Positions 1 to 13,129 of a stretch of DNA of 64,000 nucleotides are shown piece after piece (the stretch's first letter is position 1; each line of letters starts with the position of its first letter). Where the stretch lies: positions 10,354,001 through 10,418,000 of the forward strand of contig CDPCPM010000050.1 in NCBI GenBank assembly GCA_976551045.1. Reading direction: 5' to 3'. A model generated the notes under the pieces. It was not told where the DNA came from and searched no databases. It saw only the letters and a list, made by a program, of their open reading frames with translations. The DNA is from Glaucostegus cemiculus. Lineage: Eukaryota. The position numbers and the translations under genes were made by a program.

Positions 1-699
1 ACATCCCTGTACACAAACAACATCACTGTCTTCTGCTTGGATCCGTGGCTGGTCTGAAGATTGATCAGCATCTGCAACCAGTTTGAGCTGGCTTTGGTGA
101 CCAGAGTCAACTGCAGGAAGAGTGAGGCCATGCTCTTTATAATTTGCCTGATGGGTTCACCATCAAGTCAGACTTCCTGCAGATGCTGGGAATCTGGTCT
201 GGAGGAACTGAGGCATGTAACAAAAAGTGGTTGAAATGAATAGGAAAGGTTAAATAGAAACTGGGACTGTGGAAGCTTGATAATTGGCAAAAACCTGTTC
301 TTCAGGTGTGTGGTATTGCTGTACTTGGTGCAACTGTGGCCCATATCCCACTACTCTGCTGTGGCAGTCACCTGAGCTGTCTTCCATTTTATCGGGAGAT
401 GTAAGAGGGACCGCGTTCAATGGGCCATGTTGCATAAGTTCCCAGATAACAGGGGCAAGCATACCCAACAAGCCCTGGTGTTTTTTTTTGTGTGTGGATT
501 TGCGTAGAACAAAAGAATGTAAGCACCAAGTGTCACTAAGTTCTACCTGTCCCTGGAGGTGTGAAGGATGGGTCTGGCCTTGTTACCGGGTAAAGTTCCA
601 TTTCGTGGGATCTTGCTGCACCAGCTGTCCTTTGTGGAAAAGTTCTTTCAGGAAATCACCTTTGACCACAAGGAGTGGTCGGTATAGAATGCCCTGCAT
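1..699 (+). mobile_element. Tx1/L1-clade LINE ORF2 fragment (RT core to thumb), degenerate, runs off the left edge
   Basis: Frame 1 reads TSLYTNNITVFCLDPWLV*RLISICNQFELALVTRVNCRKSEAMLF, a decayed YMDD...GAKVNxxKS motif. The fragment ends with FVEKFFQEITFDHK and carries stops and frameshifts. Confidence 0.85.
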
Positions 700-800
700 G
701 CCTTATCACTAACACATGTCGTGAAATTTGTTGTTTTGCAGCAGCAGTACAGTGCAAGTCATAAAGACCAAAAAAATACTATAAGTTACAAAAATAAATA

Positions 801-1428
801 TGCTGGAAATCTGGAGCAAAACACATAAAGTGCTGGAGGAACTCAGCAGGTCAGGCAGCATCTATGGAGGGAAATTGTTGAACAGTCGATGTTTTGGGGT
901 GAGATCCTTCATCAGGACTGAAAAGAAAGAGGACACGTGCCCCTACACCTCCTCCCTCACTACCATTCAGGGCCCTAAACAGTCCTTCTAGGTGAGGCAT
1001 CACTTCACATGTGAATCCATCAGTGTCACTTATTGCATCTGGTGCTCCCAGTGTGGCCTCCTCTACATCAATGAGACCCGACACAGATCGGGGGAATCGC
1101 TTTGTCGAGCACTTTCACTCCATTCCCTGGAGCAGCCAAGACCTCCTGTTGGCCAGTCATTTTAATTCCACTTCCCATTCCCACATTGACATGCTTCTCG
1201 CTTCATCCCCACTTCACCCCCCACCTACCTCCCTTTCCCCTCTGACCTGATTCACCTATCACCTGCCAGCTTGTGCTCCTCCCCCTCCTTCTGCCCTTTT
1301 ATTCTGGCTTCTTCTCTCTTTCTTTCCAGTCCTGATGAAGGGGTTTAGCCAAAACTTTGACTGTTGATTTCCTTCCATAGACGCTGCCTGACCTGCTGAA
1401 TTCCTTCAGTATTTAGTGTGTGTTGCTC
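801..1428 (+). mobile_element. Penelope-like element (PLE): GIY-YIG endonuclease fragment between inverted pseudo-LTRs
   Basis: Reads TCPYTSSLTTIQGPKQSF*VRHHFTCESISVTYCIWCSQCGLLYINETR...RFVEH. 816-930 is the reverse complement of 1320-1428. Confidence 0.88.
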
Positions 1429-1869
1429 TTTGCAAAAATACATCAGCTCTGAATCGGTTTTCTTTGGAGAAGGAGTTTAAAACTTACACTTTGAGTTTTC
1501 AAGGGCTCAGAATTTAGATTCAGATTCAAATTAATTTATTGTCACATACACCCAGATGCAATGAAGTTCCTTGCCTGCATGAAGCTCACGGTGTAAATAG
1601 TACACATGATAATATTAAATACAATAAATACAGCAATGAGTGCGAAGCAAACAAATGGTGCAAAGATAGTAGTGAAATTAAAAAGAAGTGCTAAAGTGAC
1701 AATAACAGAATAACTGAGAGAGGTAGAATTAACAGTCTGGAACGTGGCAGCTCCACCGGGAAGGGGATGTGAAAAAGGTTTCAGTAAGTATTCACAGAAT
1801 GAAATTCAGATTGTCTATTGTATAATTAAACTAACTGGATAAGATCAGGGGAACCCAGGTTAAATAAAA

Positions 1870-2390
1870 ATCAGTCAACTTAATGATCAATACCCAGGCC
1901 AATGTCCCCAGCATTGAGGTCAGGGTAACTCTCAGTTGTCTCCATTGGGCAGACCATGTTGTGCACACAGCCGACACGAGACCGCTAGGACAGACTTCCA
2001 TTCTGAGCTCAGTCCTGGGGACAGTTGCCATTTAGATGGAGGTAAAGATTCAAGGAGGTGATGAAAGCCTGCTGAAAACAATGCAACATCCTTACTGCTT
2101 TATGGAAATCCTTGGCCCAGGACCACTCAAAGTGGGGAAGCAATATTCCAGGTGGTATTGAGAACCTTGAGCCCATGCATCCAGAGCACAGAGAAGCCCT
2201 GTGTACTCAAGTGGAAGGAGTGGATCACCTCACCAATTGGCCACCCACTCATTCCATTGGTTGCCAAGCTCCCCCTCTGTGGAAGAGTTAGTGGTTCCTA
2301 TATTGGCCTCATCAGTCATCTCAGAATCCATAAAACGGAAGTGCAAGCAGGTCGTCCTCAATCCTAAGGGACTGCCCAAGAAGAAGGAGA
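1870..2390 (+). mobile_element. RTE-clade LINE 3' end
   Basis: QANVPSIE...LHWADHVV...DTR motif, a C-terminal CGRVSGSYIGLISHLRIH zinc-finger-like motif and an (AAG)n tail. Confidence 0.8.
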
Positions 2391-3651
2391 CAATACTCTG
2401 TACAATGCATCGGCATGGTACTTTGAAACCCATGCAGCACATTTGCATTTACCCACTCTCAGAATGTAATGGATAAGGAGGAGGGGTTGGTGTTGGTGAA
2501 GGGAGACTTTTGATGCTGAGGTTCTTGTCCTTGGCATGACCAGTGACAGTGGGATTAATCATGGCATGCTGCATGCCATGGCCAATGCCACTGTCACCAG
2601 CCAAGAAGACTTGAAAGAATAAAAGCAGAGAGTAGGGAAAATGTCTGACTGCCTTTTCCGAAGCCCATTCCTGGAGCAACAAGACAGGAGTCAAAATATG
2701 TCATGATGGGACAGGGCCTTTAATTTCCTCTGTATTTTTCTTAAAGATTACTATTTGTGTAACCTCTATAAGTACATATGTGTGACCTGGAACTGACAGG
2801 CTCCAGATTTTAATAATCTTGGCCCCATATGTGACTTGAAAAACACATGATGGCTTAGTTGAAAAATGAACACTACAATCAGTATTGTAATTTATTTCTC
2901 GGAGGAAAGTGGGAACATTTTTCACTACTGTTTATAAGGATCAAGGTTGTAAAAACATTTGGTACTTTATGTTCTTTCTTAAATAGCACTAATTGTAGGA
3001 AAATTGTGATTAAGATGCTCATTTCACCGAACACAGAACAGCAGTTTCAGCTGTCAATTACTTGACTCCTTTCCAACCAGAAAGTTGTGAGTTTGAGGGC
3101 TGAAGTTTCCAGATAACAGCTCACTCCAATGGTTGGGGTGGTGGTGGGGTGGGATGAGGGGGAGGAGAGGGGCTGGTGGAAAGGAGACTCTGGAACACCA
3201 GGGCAAGTGATAGATTATCAAAGGAATGAGAAAAGTGATATTAACCATATGTTACCTATTTAAATTGGACCTCCCGCCCCCTCAATGTGGAGCATAATTG
3301 AAGAGTTTAAGTCAGATCATCATCCCAGGCTGGCTTGAGCAGGAAACATGATGAAAAGAAGGTTGAAATTGCAAGAACCCTGAAGTAAATTCAGTTAACT
3401 GTTAATGTATCTCTCACTTTAGTTAAGCAACCACTAGTGTGAGGAGCAACTTCAGATGCTGATGAGGAAAGTTACAATTGTTCCACCTCCGAGCTGTACT
3501 TGAAGAGAAGGGTTCAGGCAACAAAGGGTGGTTGGGAGGGGATTATTTGCTCTTCCAGTAACCATAAGGACAGTGTGTCTGAAGTGACACTCCTCTTGCA
3601 ATAGACGATTTAGAGGCAAATGCCGGAGTGCCAAATCACAGTAATGATGAT

Positions 3652-3855
3652 GATATATCTTTATCGGTCACATGTCTATCAAAACACACAGTGAAATGCT
3701 CCTATTGCCGTAGAGTATTCTGGGGGCACCCCACAAGTGTCGCCACGCTTCCGACGCCAACGTTGCATGCCCACAACTTCCTAACCTGTACATCTTTGGA
3801 ATATGGGAGGAAACTGGAGGACCCAGAGGAAACCCACGCAGACACAGGGAAAACG
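3652..3855 (-). mobile_element. tRNA-derived V-SINE, stem-loop/(ATCTT)-tail family, 5'-truncated
   Basis: Shares the V-domain (gggtttcctc.gggt.ctccagtttcctccca) and tail with the copies at 27659 and 53315. Confidence 0.85.
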
Positions 3856-3857
3856 AG

Positions 3858-3975
3858 GTGATCCCTGAGGGAGAAAAGAACCTGATAGCAGTGGGGAAGA
3901 AGCTGTTGTTGAACCTTGAGGTGTGGGTCTTTGGGATCCTGTACCTCCTGCCTGTTGGTAGCAATGAGAAGATAA
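3858..3975 (-). mobile_element. Rex1/Babar-type LINE C-terminal fragment
   Basis: Reads FSLLPTGRRYRIPKTHTSRFNNSFFPTAIRF. Confidence 0.8.
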
Positions 3976-6900
3976 TTTCAAATGCTATTGTCATACTTTC
4001 CAAAGCTACCTTTATTTACTGATAGTAGCCTCTACAGCAAAGATCTCACAAGCAAAGTGTTCTGCCATGCTTTTCCAAGTGCTGATAGTTGATTCTTTGC
4101 GATGACTGTACATGGAGCAAGTGTGATGTATGGCATTCTTATGTTTCTGCCCTAGTGATTTGCACTTGAACATTCGTCACAGAAAAATCACTCCTGTGTC
4201 TGAACTCTAATCACTTGCATATGGACCAGATGGTATCACGCCGTGCATCAGAAGATAATTTAAAAAAGAATCAAATATGTAATGAAAATGAAGAATCTTA
4301 AATCATAGCAAAGTTGGTCAAGTGGAATGGAAGTTTTAAGAAAATGATGACACAAACTTTCATTTTCCTGTCAGTCTGCTTGTTGGTTATAAAAACTTTC
4401 CTGTTTTAGATCTATGTTTAAAAAAGGTCTTAGTTGAAGAGGGCATTCTTGCCTGCATGTTCTTTCAGGAATAACGAGCTGTAATGTTGTTCATTCTTGA
4501 AATCCATGAGTATTTATGCTTTATTTATTTAAACTTTGCAACATTCTTGTTCTGTGAAATGTAAGGTACCACTTTTTGTCATATGCCTAGAGGTGAAGTA
4601 AAAATAAAATGCATGGCAAAAGGGTGAGTATATAAGCCTGCACTTTTTCTGTACATTGTAGCTTTACTGAAGGAGTCAATGAATTTACAATTATCCAATT
4701 AGCTGACAGTTAATCGCAAGTATTGGTAAAATCAGCAGAAATGATAATTAAGCCTTTCAGCTTTGTGTCCTACCTTTTCAGATCTACTTCTGAGAAGTGT
4801 TGGAACAAAAGCACTTGGGAGACTTGAAATGCATATTACAGGGAGGAAATCAGTGTGCATCAGAGTTCTTTGGCTTCTACTCAGTTCTGGAGTCAGTACT
4901 GTAAATATTTTCCTTCCTTGTACATGATTAGACTGACAGGAGGCCAAGCATCTCTTTAATTCAGCTGAGATGGCTCGTATCTGGTGGGAGACATTGCTTC
5001 AGCTATTAATAGTGAGAGGCATAGATTTGGTGGGAAGAGTCAGACACTGCCCAGGGTGATGGTGCCACCCACTGAAAAAGAGGTAGATTGTGGCAGATGA
5101 AGACTGTGCCAAGAAAAAGTGGCGCCAGCTACATAAACATACACAGGAATCAAAGAGCAAGACAGCTGTAGCACGCTAACATTTACAGAAGGAGAACTAT
5201 CAAGAAATGACAAATGTATCACTGAAACTTGTAAAGTACTAACTGCTATTTTTGACTTTTTTTCGCTTTGGGTTCTTGTTCTCTCCAGACACTATGTTGT
5301 TTTTGAGGAGGATGTCCCTAAGTGTAATACGATCGCCAAAAATTTAAACTCATATGGACTTGTTTGATCCAATCTGATAAATAAATTTACACCAGTGTTT
5401 TGACTTTCTTGCCTGCAGTGTTAGATAGTTTTTAAAGTTATTCTGCTCCTGCCCCTTCATTTGAAGTCCTGATTGTTTTCCTTGTCTGTGGCAGTAGATC
5501 ATTGAAGCTCATCACAGCACGTCTAACACCATACAGGCAGAAACTAGAACAACAGCATAGATGGGGGTACAATTTCTGGCTACTGTCACTTGGCATATGG
5601 TCCAGATGGTTTGCTGCTTTGATCAACTGAGCCACAGGACTTCCTTCAAAACCCAAGGTAAATATCATTGCACAATCCTTTTCCAAAGAAATCATGTGAC
5701 ATAGCCTTCATTTTTGTTATTTTAAGAAAGGAAAAATTGAAATTTTAGAATGATAAACTTACTACTTACAAATATTCTAAGGGTTGTTTATAAATCCCTG
5801 ATAATTTATATTGCACCAGATTTCTTCAAAACGTTAACTTCCAGTTTTGCTTTGAGTTGCAACATGCGACCCAATCATATTTAAACATCTATGTAATTAA
5901 AAGTCTGCATCTATTGCCTGCCTGGCTTTGTGGGAATTGAACTAGTTTGGGGGTAGAAAAACGCCCAAAACCAAAGTACTGGAAGATTTGTAAATCCATC
6001 TGTATAGCCCTAACCGACTTTCATTTCTTTTGATATGGAAGATCAGTGAGGGTTGGGTTGGGGAATAAAAGGCAGTGGTAGTTTTCAATGAAATTAATGG
6101 GATGAAATTGGCCTGTTTTTACAATGTGTGGCCTCTGCCAGCATGGCAACCTTGTAAACTACCCAAGTGAATCACAAGGCATGGCTACTAAGCTAACAAT
6201 GTGGATTAACTTGAATGGCCCATTCATTTAAAACAACATACCAAAGGCCATGATGTGTGGAAGATTACTCGATTAAAGTGTCCAAGCAGTAAAATACTAC
6301 CAATAAGCGACCAACAGCTACCAAAAAAGCAAGCACTTCAAGCTTGTGAAAATCAGTCCTCTGATTACGCATTTAAAACTGGCCCCACCTTGACAGATGC
6401 AGTGCGTGATAACACTAAACATCAGCCCTGGGAAAACAAATCATAAAGATTATGTAATTAACTTACTCAAGTCACCCCCAACACTTAAAATAGACTAGAA
6501 ACTTCACTGTAGCATAAAGGCATAATATTTGGTCAGTTGTTGCCCTATGCTGGCAAACATTAGGCCTCAGGTGCTATTGACCAGTGTGCAAACAAAAATG
6601 TGCCACTTACCCTGCCTTTACTTAACTTTTGAACTTTTAATTCCCCTAAAAAAGAAAAGACGCAAAGCATTTAGGCACTTTAGTGATGTGCACAATCGAC
6701 TTTCATTGCTGGGGATCCTTGTGACAATCAAAACTGCAGCTACAGCAAAGCACAAGTCATGTCACATTTTATCAATATCTTGCTTCTAACAGATTTCAGT
6801 GCCAGACTACATGAAGTTCATATGGCCATTGAGAGCATTACATTGGTCGAATATTTCACTCATGCTAACTAACTGCTGATGATGACTAAATTGGTCCTTT

Positions 6901-7011
6901 CCTCTTTAAGTATGTATGTGATATATTTATGTGACATTTCTGTACCTTGCACAATCTATGAGGAGGATCTCTACAACCTGTATTTCTAAAGCACTTTTCA
7001 CATAGAACAAC

Positions 7012-7222
7012 GATTCCATGAGGGTTGTGAGTCTTTGGAACACTTTTCCTCTAAGTTCAATGGCAGCTGAATCTTTGGATATTTTTAAGGGAGAGGTAGA
7101 CAAAGGGGTGAAAGGTTTCTGCGGTCAGCAGGAATGTGGAATTGAGATCATTCATGACCTTAACCGAATGACAGAGCAAGCCCAATGGGGCAAGTGGCCT
7201 GATCCTGCTCCTAATTCATGTA
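7012..7222 (+). mobile_element. CR1 (HER1-like) LINE 3' end
   Basis: Reads RVVSLWNTFP...AESLDIFKGEVDK, followed by the typical 3' UTR. Confidence 0.75.
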
Positions 7223-7392
7223 GATATGGATGACACCGAGCAGGTGGAAGAAGAGTGAATAGAAGGAGACGAAAGCCTGTGGAAGAGTATTGTTGCAAAG
7301 AAAATGGTTGGGAAGTAGGTTAGGCCTGTGTGTTCAATATAGGGTGGAAGCTCATGTGAATTGTGAGAGAGGGGATTATTCTTGAAAATGCA

Positions 7393-7526
7393 ACACAGGC
7401 ACAAGAGACTGCAGATGCTGGAATCTGCAGCAACAAACCATCTGCAGGAGGAAATCAGTGGGTCAAGCAGCATATGTGAGGGGAAAGGAACCGTCGATTC
7501 TTCAGGACAAAACCGTGCCTCAGGAC
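7393..7526 (-). mobile_element. Penelope pseudo-LTR, solo
   Basis: Homologous to 801-930 and 63598-63730 (gactgcagatgctggaatctg...gcagcat). Confidence 0.75.
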
Positions 7527-7544
7527 ATAGGGAATATGTTGGTC

Positions 7545-7897
7545 AGAGTCATAGGGTCATACAGCAGGGAAACAAGCCCTTCAGCTCACTGAATCCAAGT
7601 GGACCATCATGCACCCATTTATGCTAATCCTACAGTATTCCCCCTTATACTCCCCACTTTTCCATTAACTCCCCTGCCTTCCCCACCCCCCAGATTCTAC
7701 CATTCACCCTCACATGAGGGACAAGTTACAATGCCCTATTGACCTACCAAGCCAAATGTCTATGCGATATGGGAAGAAATTTGAGCACCCGGAGGACAGT
7801 TGCACGGTTGCAGGGTGAACGTGTAAACTCTACAACAAAGGTCAGAACTGAACCCGGGTCACTGGAGCTATGAAGCAGAAGCTCTACTAGCTGCACA
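7545..7897 (-). mobile_element. HE1-like V-SINE with CR1-type tail
   Basis: On the minus strand: B-box cgggttcagttc, a V-domain, and a tail ending tgtatgaccctatgactc. Confidence 0.7.
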
Positions 7898-8339
7898 TCT
7901 TGGTACCAGAGGAGCAGAAGGTTTATGGGGAAATGTACAGCTGGAATATGTGGAAACACTGAAGAATTTGAAGGAGAAGAAAGGGAAAATGAAATCAGTT
8001 TGCAGTGCAGCGGGAAAAATAAGGCTTTGAATAGATAGAGGTGATGGATTCACAGGATTTTGTGCAGAGGTTAAGGTGTTTTGATTATGTTGTGGTTTGT
8101 AAATTATGAATGTAAGTTATGAATATAGGTCATATTATAAATATGATATAACTTATGAATATAATTCGTACATTCATAAATCTAAGAACATCAAGATGGG
8201 CAATCTACAGCACTCAAATACATTTCTGAAGTAAGTGCAGGGTTAGCAAAGTGAAGTGTAGGGGTAGGTGTGCAGTATGGGAGCCTTCCCACTAGCTTGT
8301 GAAGTAAAGAGACTGAATGGTTTGGTCCAAATAATCATG

Positions 8340-8605
8340 TGAAATAAAAGAGTTTAGGTTCAATCCATGATCACTAATCTCAGGCAGTAAAGCAGTTGTG
8401 GTATCATAAAGTCACTATCATCTAATCCCTCTTCATCCTGTCACTTTAGCAGGAAAGTGTATGTGCCTGGACAATGGCTGATTGGGCTCATTTGTGATGC
8501 TGTTCATGGCCAAATAATCCATCGGCATGCTCACTGATTGGATCAGCGTCTAAAGAATAGTAATTCTATCGTCAACAAGAATATGTAACCTACCCTTTAG
8601 GAGAT
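8340..8605 (+). mobile_element. Ancient degenerate SINE (MER131-like)
   Basis: B-box ggttcaatcc, then gatctcagg / gcaggaaagtgt / attgggctcatttgtgatgc blocks that resemble the recalled consensus. Highly diverged. Confidence 0.35.
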
Positions 8606-11600
8606 AAACAGAAAACAAAAAGCACAAAATTATTCAAAGCATATAGGATGTATATCACAATTTAAAAAATAAATCACTTTTTTTTAATGATTTATCAATT
8701 TTGTGAGTGCTGTCCAACTGGTTAAATGACAAGTGACAGCATTGGTTTCTTGAACTTCTCCATTCTGATCCACAGAAAATTCAAAGCAAATAATTGTTTA
8801 AATGAAGCAACAATTCACTCCCTGTTTTTACAACTGTTCAGCAACAAGATTGGCAAAGAAGTCTTTATGATGTGGAAGAAAGCTGGTAAATTTACTGCAG
8901 TTGGACCAATATGCCAGGTTTCTTTTGTAAAATCATATTTCAAATGACTTGTAAGGAATTTATTTGTTCTATGCAGACTGTTATCAGAGGGGGAAAGTGA
9001 ACACTTAATGCGACCTCTGAAATGACACTCTAGTAAAGATTAAAGCACAAACCAGATCCACTGTCTTACCACCCACCAGTTTGTCTAGCTTAGCCACTAA
9101 AGTTAAATTTTAAACCCGTAGTGATTGTCTTTTTCAATTAATTTGCTTACTTTGGCACATAATGAGCTCCCACTCACTGCAATTTTAGATTTAAAAATTA
9201 GACTCTGTTGAAACATACTTATTTGAATAATGGTTTTGACCCTTTTTCCACCCCTCTGCAGTATCTCACTCCACTGACACTATCCTTTCTCTGGCTTCAT
9301 TAATTTAGCAGGCTATATATGTGCCAAGTATTTGGGGAGCAGTCTGCTTACTGTAGTTGTACTTACAGTAGATAACTTGGCATTCTTCACGCCTGACTCG
9401 AATGAAATGTTAGTTGAAATGTCTTGGTACTCTCTTTTTGTGAGCTGACCAAAAGCATTTCTCATTCATTGTATGATACAATAGGTGGGGCTTAAGTATT
9501 AAGCAATTTTTCTCCCTCTAATTTAAACAACTGCTATTCTAAAAACAGCTTGAGGCATATATGTATAAAACATCCTGCTCATTTTCATAGCAACGTTCTT
9601 TTTAAACTGGAAAATTCAAGCCAATGTATGGCTGAATTAAATCAGTAATTTGTTTACATCATTGAATAAATAAGCATTCTAAGGAATGCAGTAAGAAATT
9701 GTACAATGCATTTTGAAAATTAACTTACTTGAGGCAAGATAGTGATGTCTGAAAGTCCAGTAGTCTGCATGTATCTTAACTTGTGTCATTCAAATTTTGG
9801 TACAAAATTATTGAACCAATAATAATCCAGTGAAGCCCAGTCTTGAATTTTGTATTTTGTTCAACATTTCAATTTAACCCTGTGATTTAATTTTGCAAAT
9901 TCCAGCAATATCCAAAGCTATTCAGCATGATGGATTTTGGAAGGTTCCTTTCACATTAATTGAAAGCTGATGTATACTCTGTTAGCAGCCATTTCTCTCA
10001 ACACTATCATATTTTACTATCTCCTTTGTTCTAAATGTGCAGATGATGTTAATTGCTGTGTTAGAATTTTGTGTACAACGTGCTTTGTTGGATAAAGCAC
10101 TCCTCATCTGCAGTTAGGGTATGCATGTTATTGAAACATTATGTTCCATACTTTGATGCAATGGGACAACCTTTGACATCTTCAATGTGAAGGAAGCATA
10201 CAAAAAACTGGGCGGTTGTACTAAGCAAGTGACGTGAATCTGCATATATAATTAAGAAGATCCCTGACTTCTTGTTGTGAATTGCTATGAATAATCTGGG
10301 GCATGTTCCATATTACAAAATCTTAAATTGAGCCTTTAATTATAAGACTTCATGGATATTTAATGGCCTTATTTTTAAATAAAACTTATGGTAATGTGAT
10401 CTTTGTGTTGCATTCAAATCTGCGAAGACAGCATCAGGTTTAGCACTTCTTTGGATTATATTTTAACGGCACTTTCCTATGCCTGCAGCCATTGCTGATC
10501 CAACAAGAATTAATTTTTTTTTCGCACAACCAGTTTAAATGCTTCAGGGTAATTTAACACAGAAGTTCACTTGCCGATTTCATCACATGCCTTTGCTTAT
10601 TTGCTGCTGTTTTCTGCCTAATATTTACTTAAACCAGTTCTGCATACGTTGGGTAATATTTTCAATAAACTGTTTGTTATCATGCCTTACTTTTATGTTT
10701 GTTAAAAAGCCAGCCATTTTCCTGAAAGTGCCAGGACCTGACCTTTTCCGTTGGCTGTTCTGTTTTTGAAAGCAAAAGGAATTAGGTTAATAATTTCAGA
10801 ATAATCAGGCGCTCCCTCCAGACAGTTTGGTTTAGCATATCTCACAATAACCAGTGAGTTGCTAATTTAAGAGTGTTGCTCTATTCCCTTGTTTATGTCC
10901 TAAGGGTGGATTAATATCTCAGTTGTGTCACAAACTAGTGCCAGCTACTGAGTTATCCCACAGATTCCGTATATAGCAGTTCTCGCTGTGCCAGGTCTCT
11001 GCTTTCTCATGTGAAAAACAACACTCCAGGTCACTTCTCATACCCACTGACCAATATCTCTTCTGTCTGGATAGTTGAGGAGCTTCACTGTGTCAGCCCA
11101 TTCTCATTTTTAAAGTCTCATGCCCATTAAGGTTTTGACCTTGGGAAAAACATGCAGTTAATGGAAGATATGGATGTGACCATGACTTCAGCAACTGCTG
11201 TGCTTAACTCTTGAGCTGCATTCACTGCTGCTCCTTAATGTCTTAGTCCTACTCAGCTGAGTGCTTTGAGACACCATATAAAAAGAGTTGATGTGTCTTA
11301 AATGCCATTTTGTGACACTGTTATGTTTTCTGCAATAATTTCTGAAGGTCTATGATACAGTCTACAGTTTATAGCCCATATATTTATGGACCCTTTATAT
11401 GTGTATTTTTTCCCCTATGTATTGATGGATGTCTCTTGCAAAATAACAAGAGGCAGTGGACCATACCTTCCTGCTAGTGGGAATTGTAATAACTTACTCT
11501 CCATGAGTGTATATGGCTGCCTGGGAAACTGTCTGAACCTGTGTGATGTGTTTTGTTAAGCAGTTCTGGTCAAATGATGGAGTAAGATTATTGAGTGAGA

Positions 11601-11859
11601 TGATAGGATTATAAAGTCACCTTTTGATATCCCAGCTTCGAAATATTAGTAAATTGGCAGGTTCTCCAAGATTACCCTGTGGGTAGATAAGTGGTAAGAT
11701 CAAGAGGATCTCCCTGTTTTCAACCAGCTAGGTGGTCCTATCTAACACAATTTAGCTCCATTGTTATAGGAGAAGTTAGTCAAGGGATGTATTCCCAATT
11801 ATTACCAAAATACATCTGTGCAGAACCAAGTGAAAGTAAACATGTGATCTTCTAGGAAG

Positions 11860-12217
11860 AGACTGGAGAAGTTATACAAGGCATTCAATTTAGATAAAAT
11901 TTTGAAAAATTGGGGAATTGAGGACCATGGGGAACAGGCACAGGAGAGGAGTTGAGGCTTTGAGCAGATCTGCCTTGATCCAGTTGAATGGCAGGGCAGT
12001 CGATGAACCTGGTGGCCAAATCCTGCTTCTATTTTCTTGCTTTCTTGGGTTCAATAAGGAAATGGCAGAGAGTAAACAAATACTTAATATCTGACTCCAT
12101 AAAAGCATTTTGGAAATAGTAAGGATTAAGAGTCTAGTGAGAATGTGAAACTTTGAGAAAGTAGTATGAGTAAAGAAATAATATTGGGGAGATTAATGGG
12201 ACTAAAGGCCAACAAAT
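11860..12217 (+). mobile_element. CR1 LINE fragments (3' UTR piece plus RT N-terminal piece)
   Basis: The 3' UTR motif agatctgccttgatccagttgaatggcagggcag is present, followed by aaggaaatggcagag...ttaatgggactaaaggccaacaaattc (KEMAE...LMGLKANK). Confidence 0.55.
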
Positions 12218-12719
12218 TCATATTTCCTTTGCTGACACCTCTCTATCTTCAGAAACCAGGTCTATAGCTTCACAACATCTGCTCCCCTGCACTTGTTAGC
12301 TGTGAGATATATGTGAAGGACCAGATCCAGTTTTCTACCTTTGCCTTGTGTCTTGTGCTCACTTCTCCTGCATTGAGGGAAACAAGCAACCTTCGATTGA
12401 GAATAGTGACGTGGGTTGAGTTGAAGGACAGACAACTTTCGTTCACATTGATGAGGCATTGTTACTTAAGATTGAGGATATCTCAGTGGTGAATGTACAG
12501 AAGTATATAGACAGATTGGATTACAGTTCCTGCAAGGTGAGTTAATGTTATCTTGTTATCTCAGTCTCTAAAATGCTGGAAAATAGCTGGTGATTCAAAT
12601 TAATAACAAGGGTACTTTAGTAACCTAAGGTGAACTTGTATTGAGGAACAGCAACCTTGGTGTGGCTTACTTTGACACAGACAGATCAATTCTGCTCAGT
12701 TCTTCTCTCAAACATCTAT

Positions 12720-13005
12720 AAAGATATCTTTATTAGTCACATGTACATCGAAAAACACAGTGAAATGCATTTTTTTGAGTAGAGTGTTCTGGGGGCAGCC
12801 CGCAAGTGTCACCACACTTCCAGCATCAACATAGCATGCCCACAACTTTCTAACTCGTTTGTCTTTGGAACTGGAGCATCTGGAGGAAACCCATGCAGAC
12901 ACACAGGGAGAAGGTACAATTTCCTTACAGACAGAGGACAGAATTGAATCTGGGTCCTTGGTGCTGTAATAGCATTGTGCTAACCGCTACACTACTGTGC
13001 CTGCC
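12720..13005 (-). mobile_element. V-SINE, stem-loop/(ATCTT)-tail family
   Basis: Near full length, with head ggcaggcacagtagtgtagcggttagc and tail gtgactaataaagatatctt on the minus strand. Confidence 0.9.
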
Positions 13006-13129
13006 TATAGTAATCTACAGAGAGCAGTTGGTCATATTCTATCATTTTTGAGATACACGCCCAATATTACATAAATCACATCATTTCTTTAATGAGGAAT
13101 ACCAAACTGACTTACCAGTTTGCCCCTTT

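Noticed and set aside
1-699. This Tx1 piece covers roughly the segment missing from the inverted element at 57.6-59.2 kb, suggesting one rearranged element
   Set aside because: The two pieces overlap around the HK..W..N motif and differ there by substitutions and an indel, so they are separate copies. This piece also runs off the window edge.
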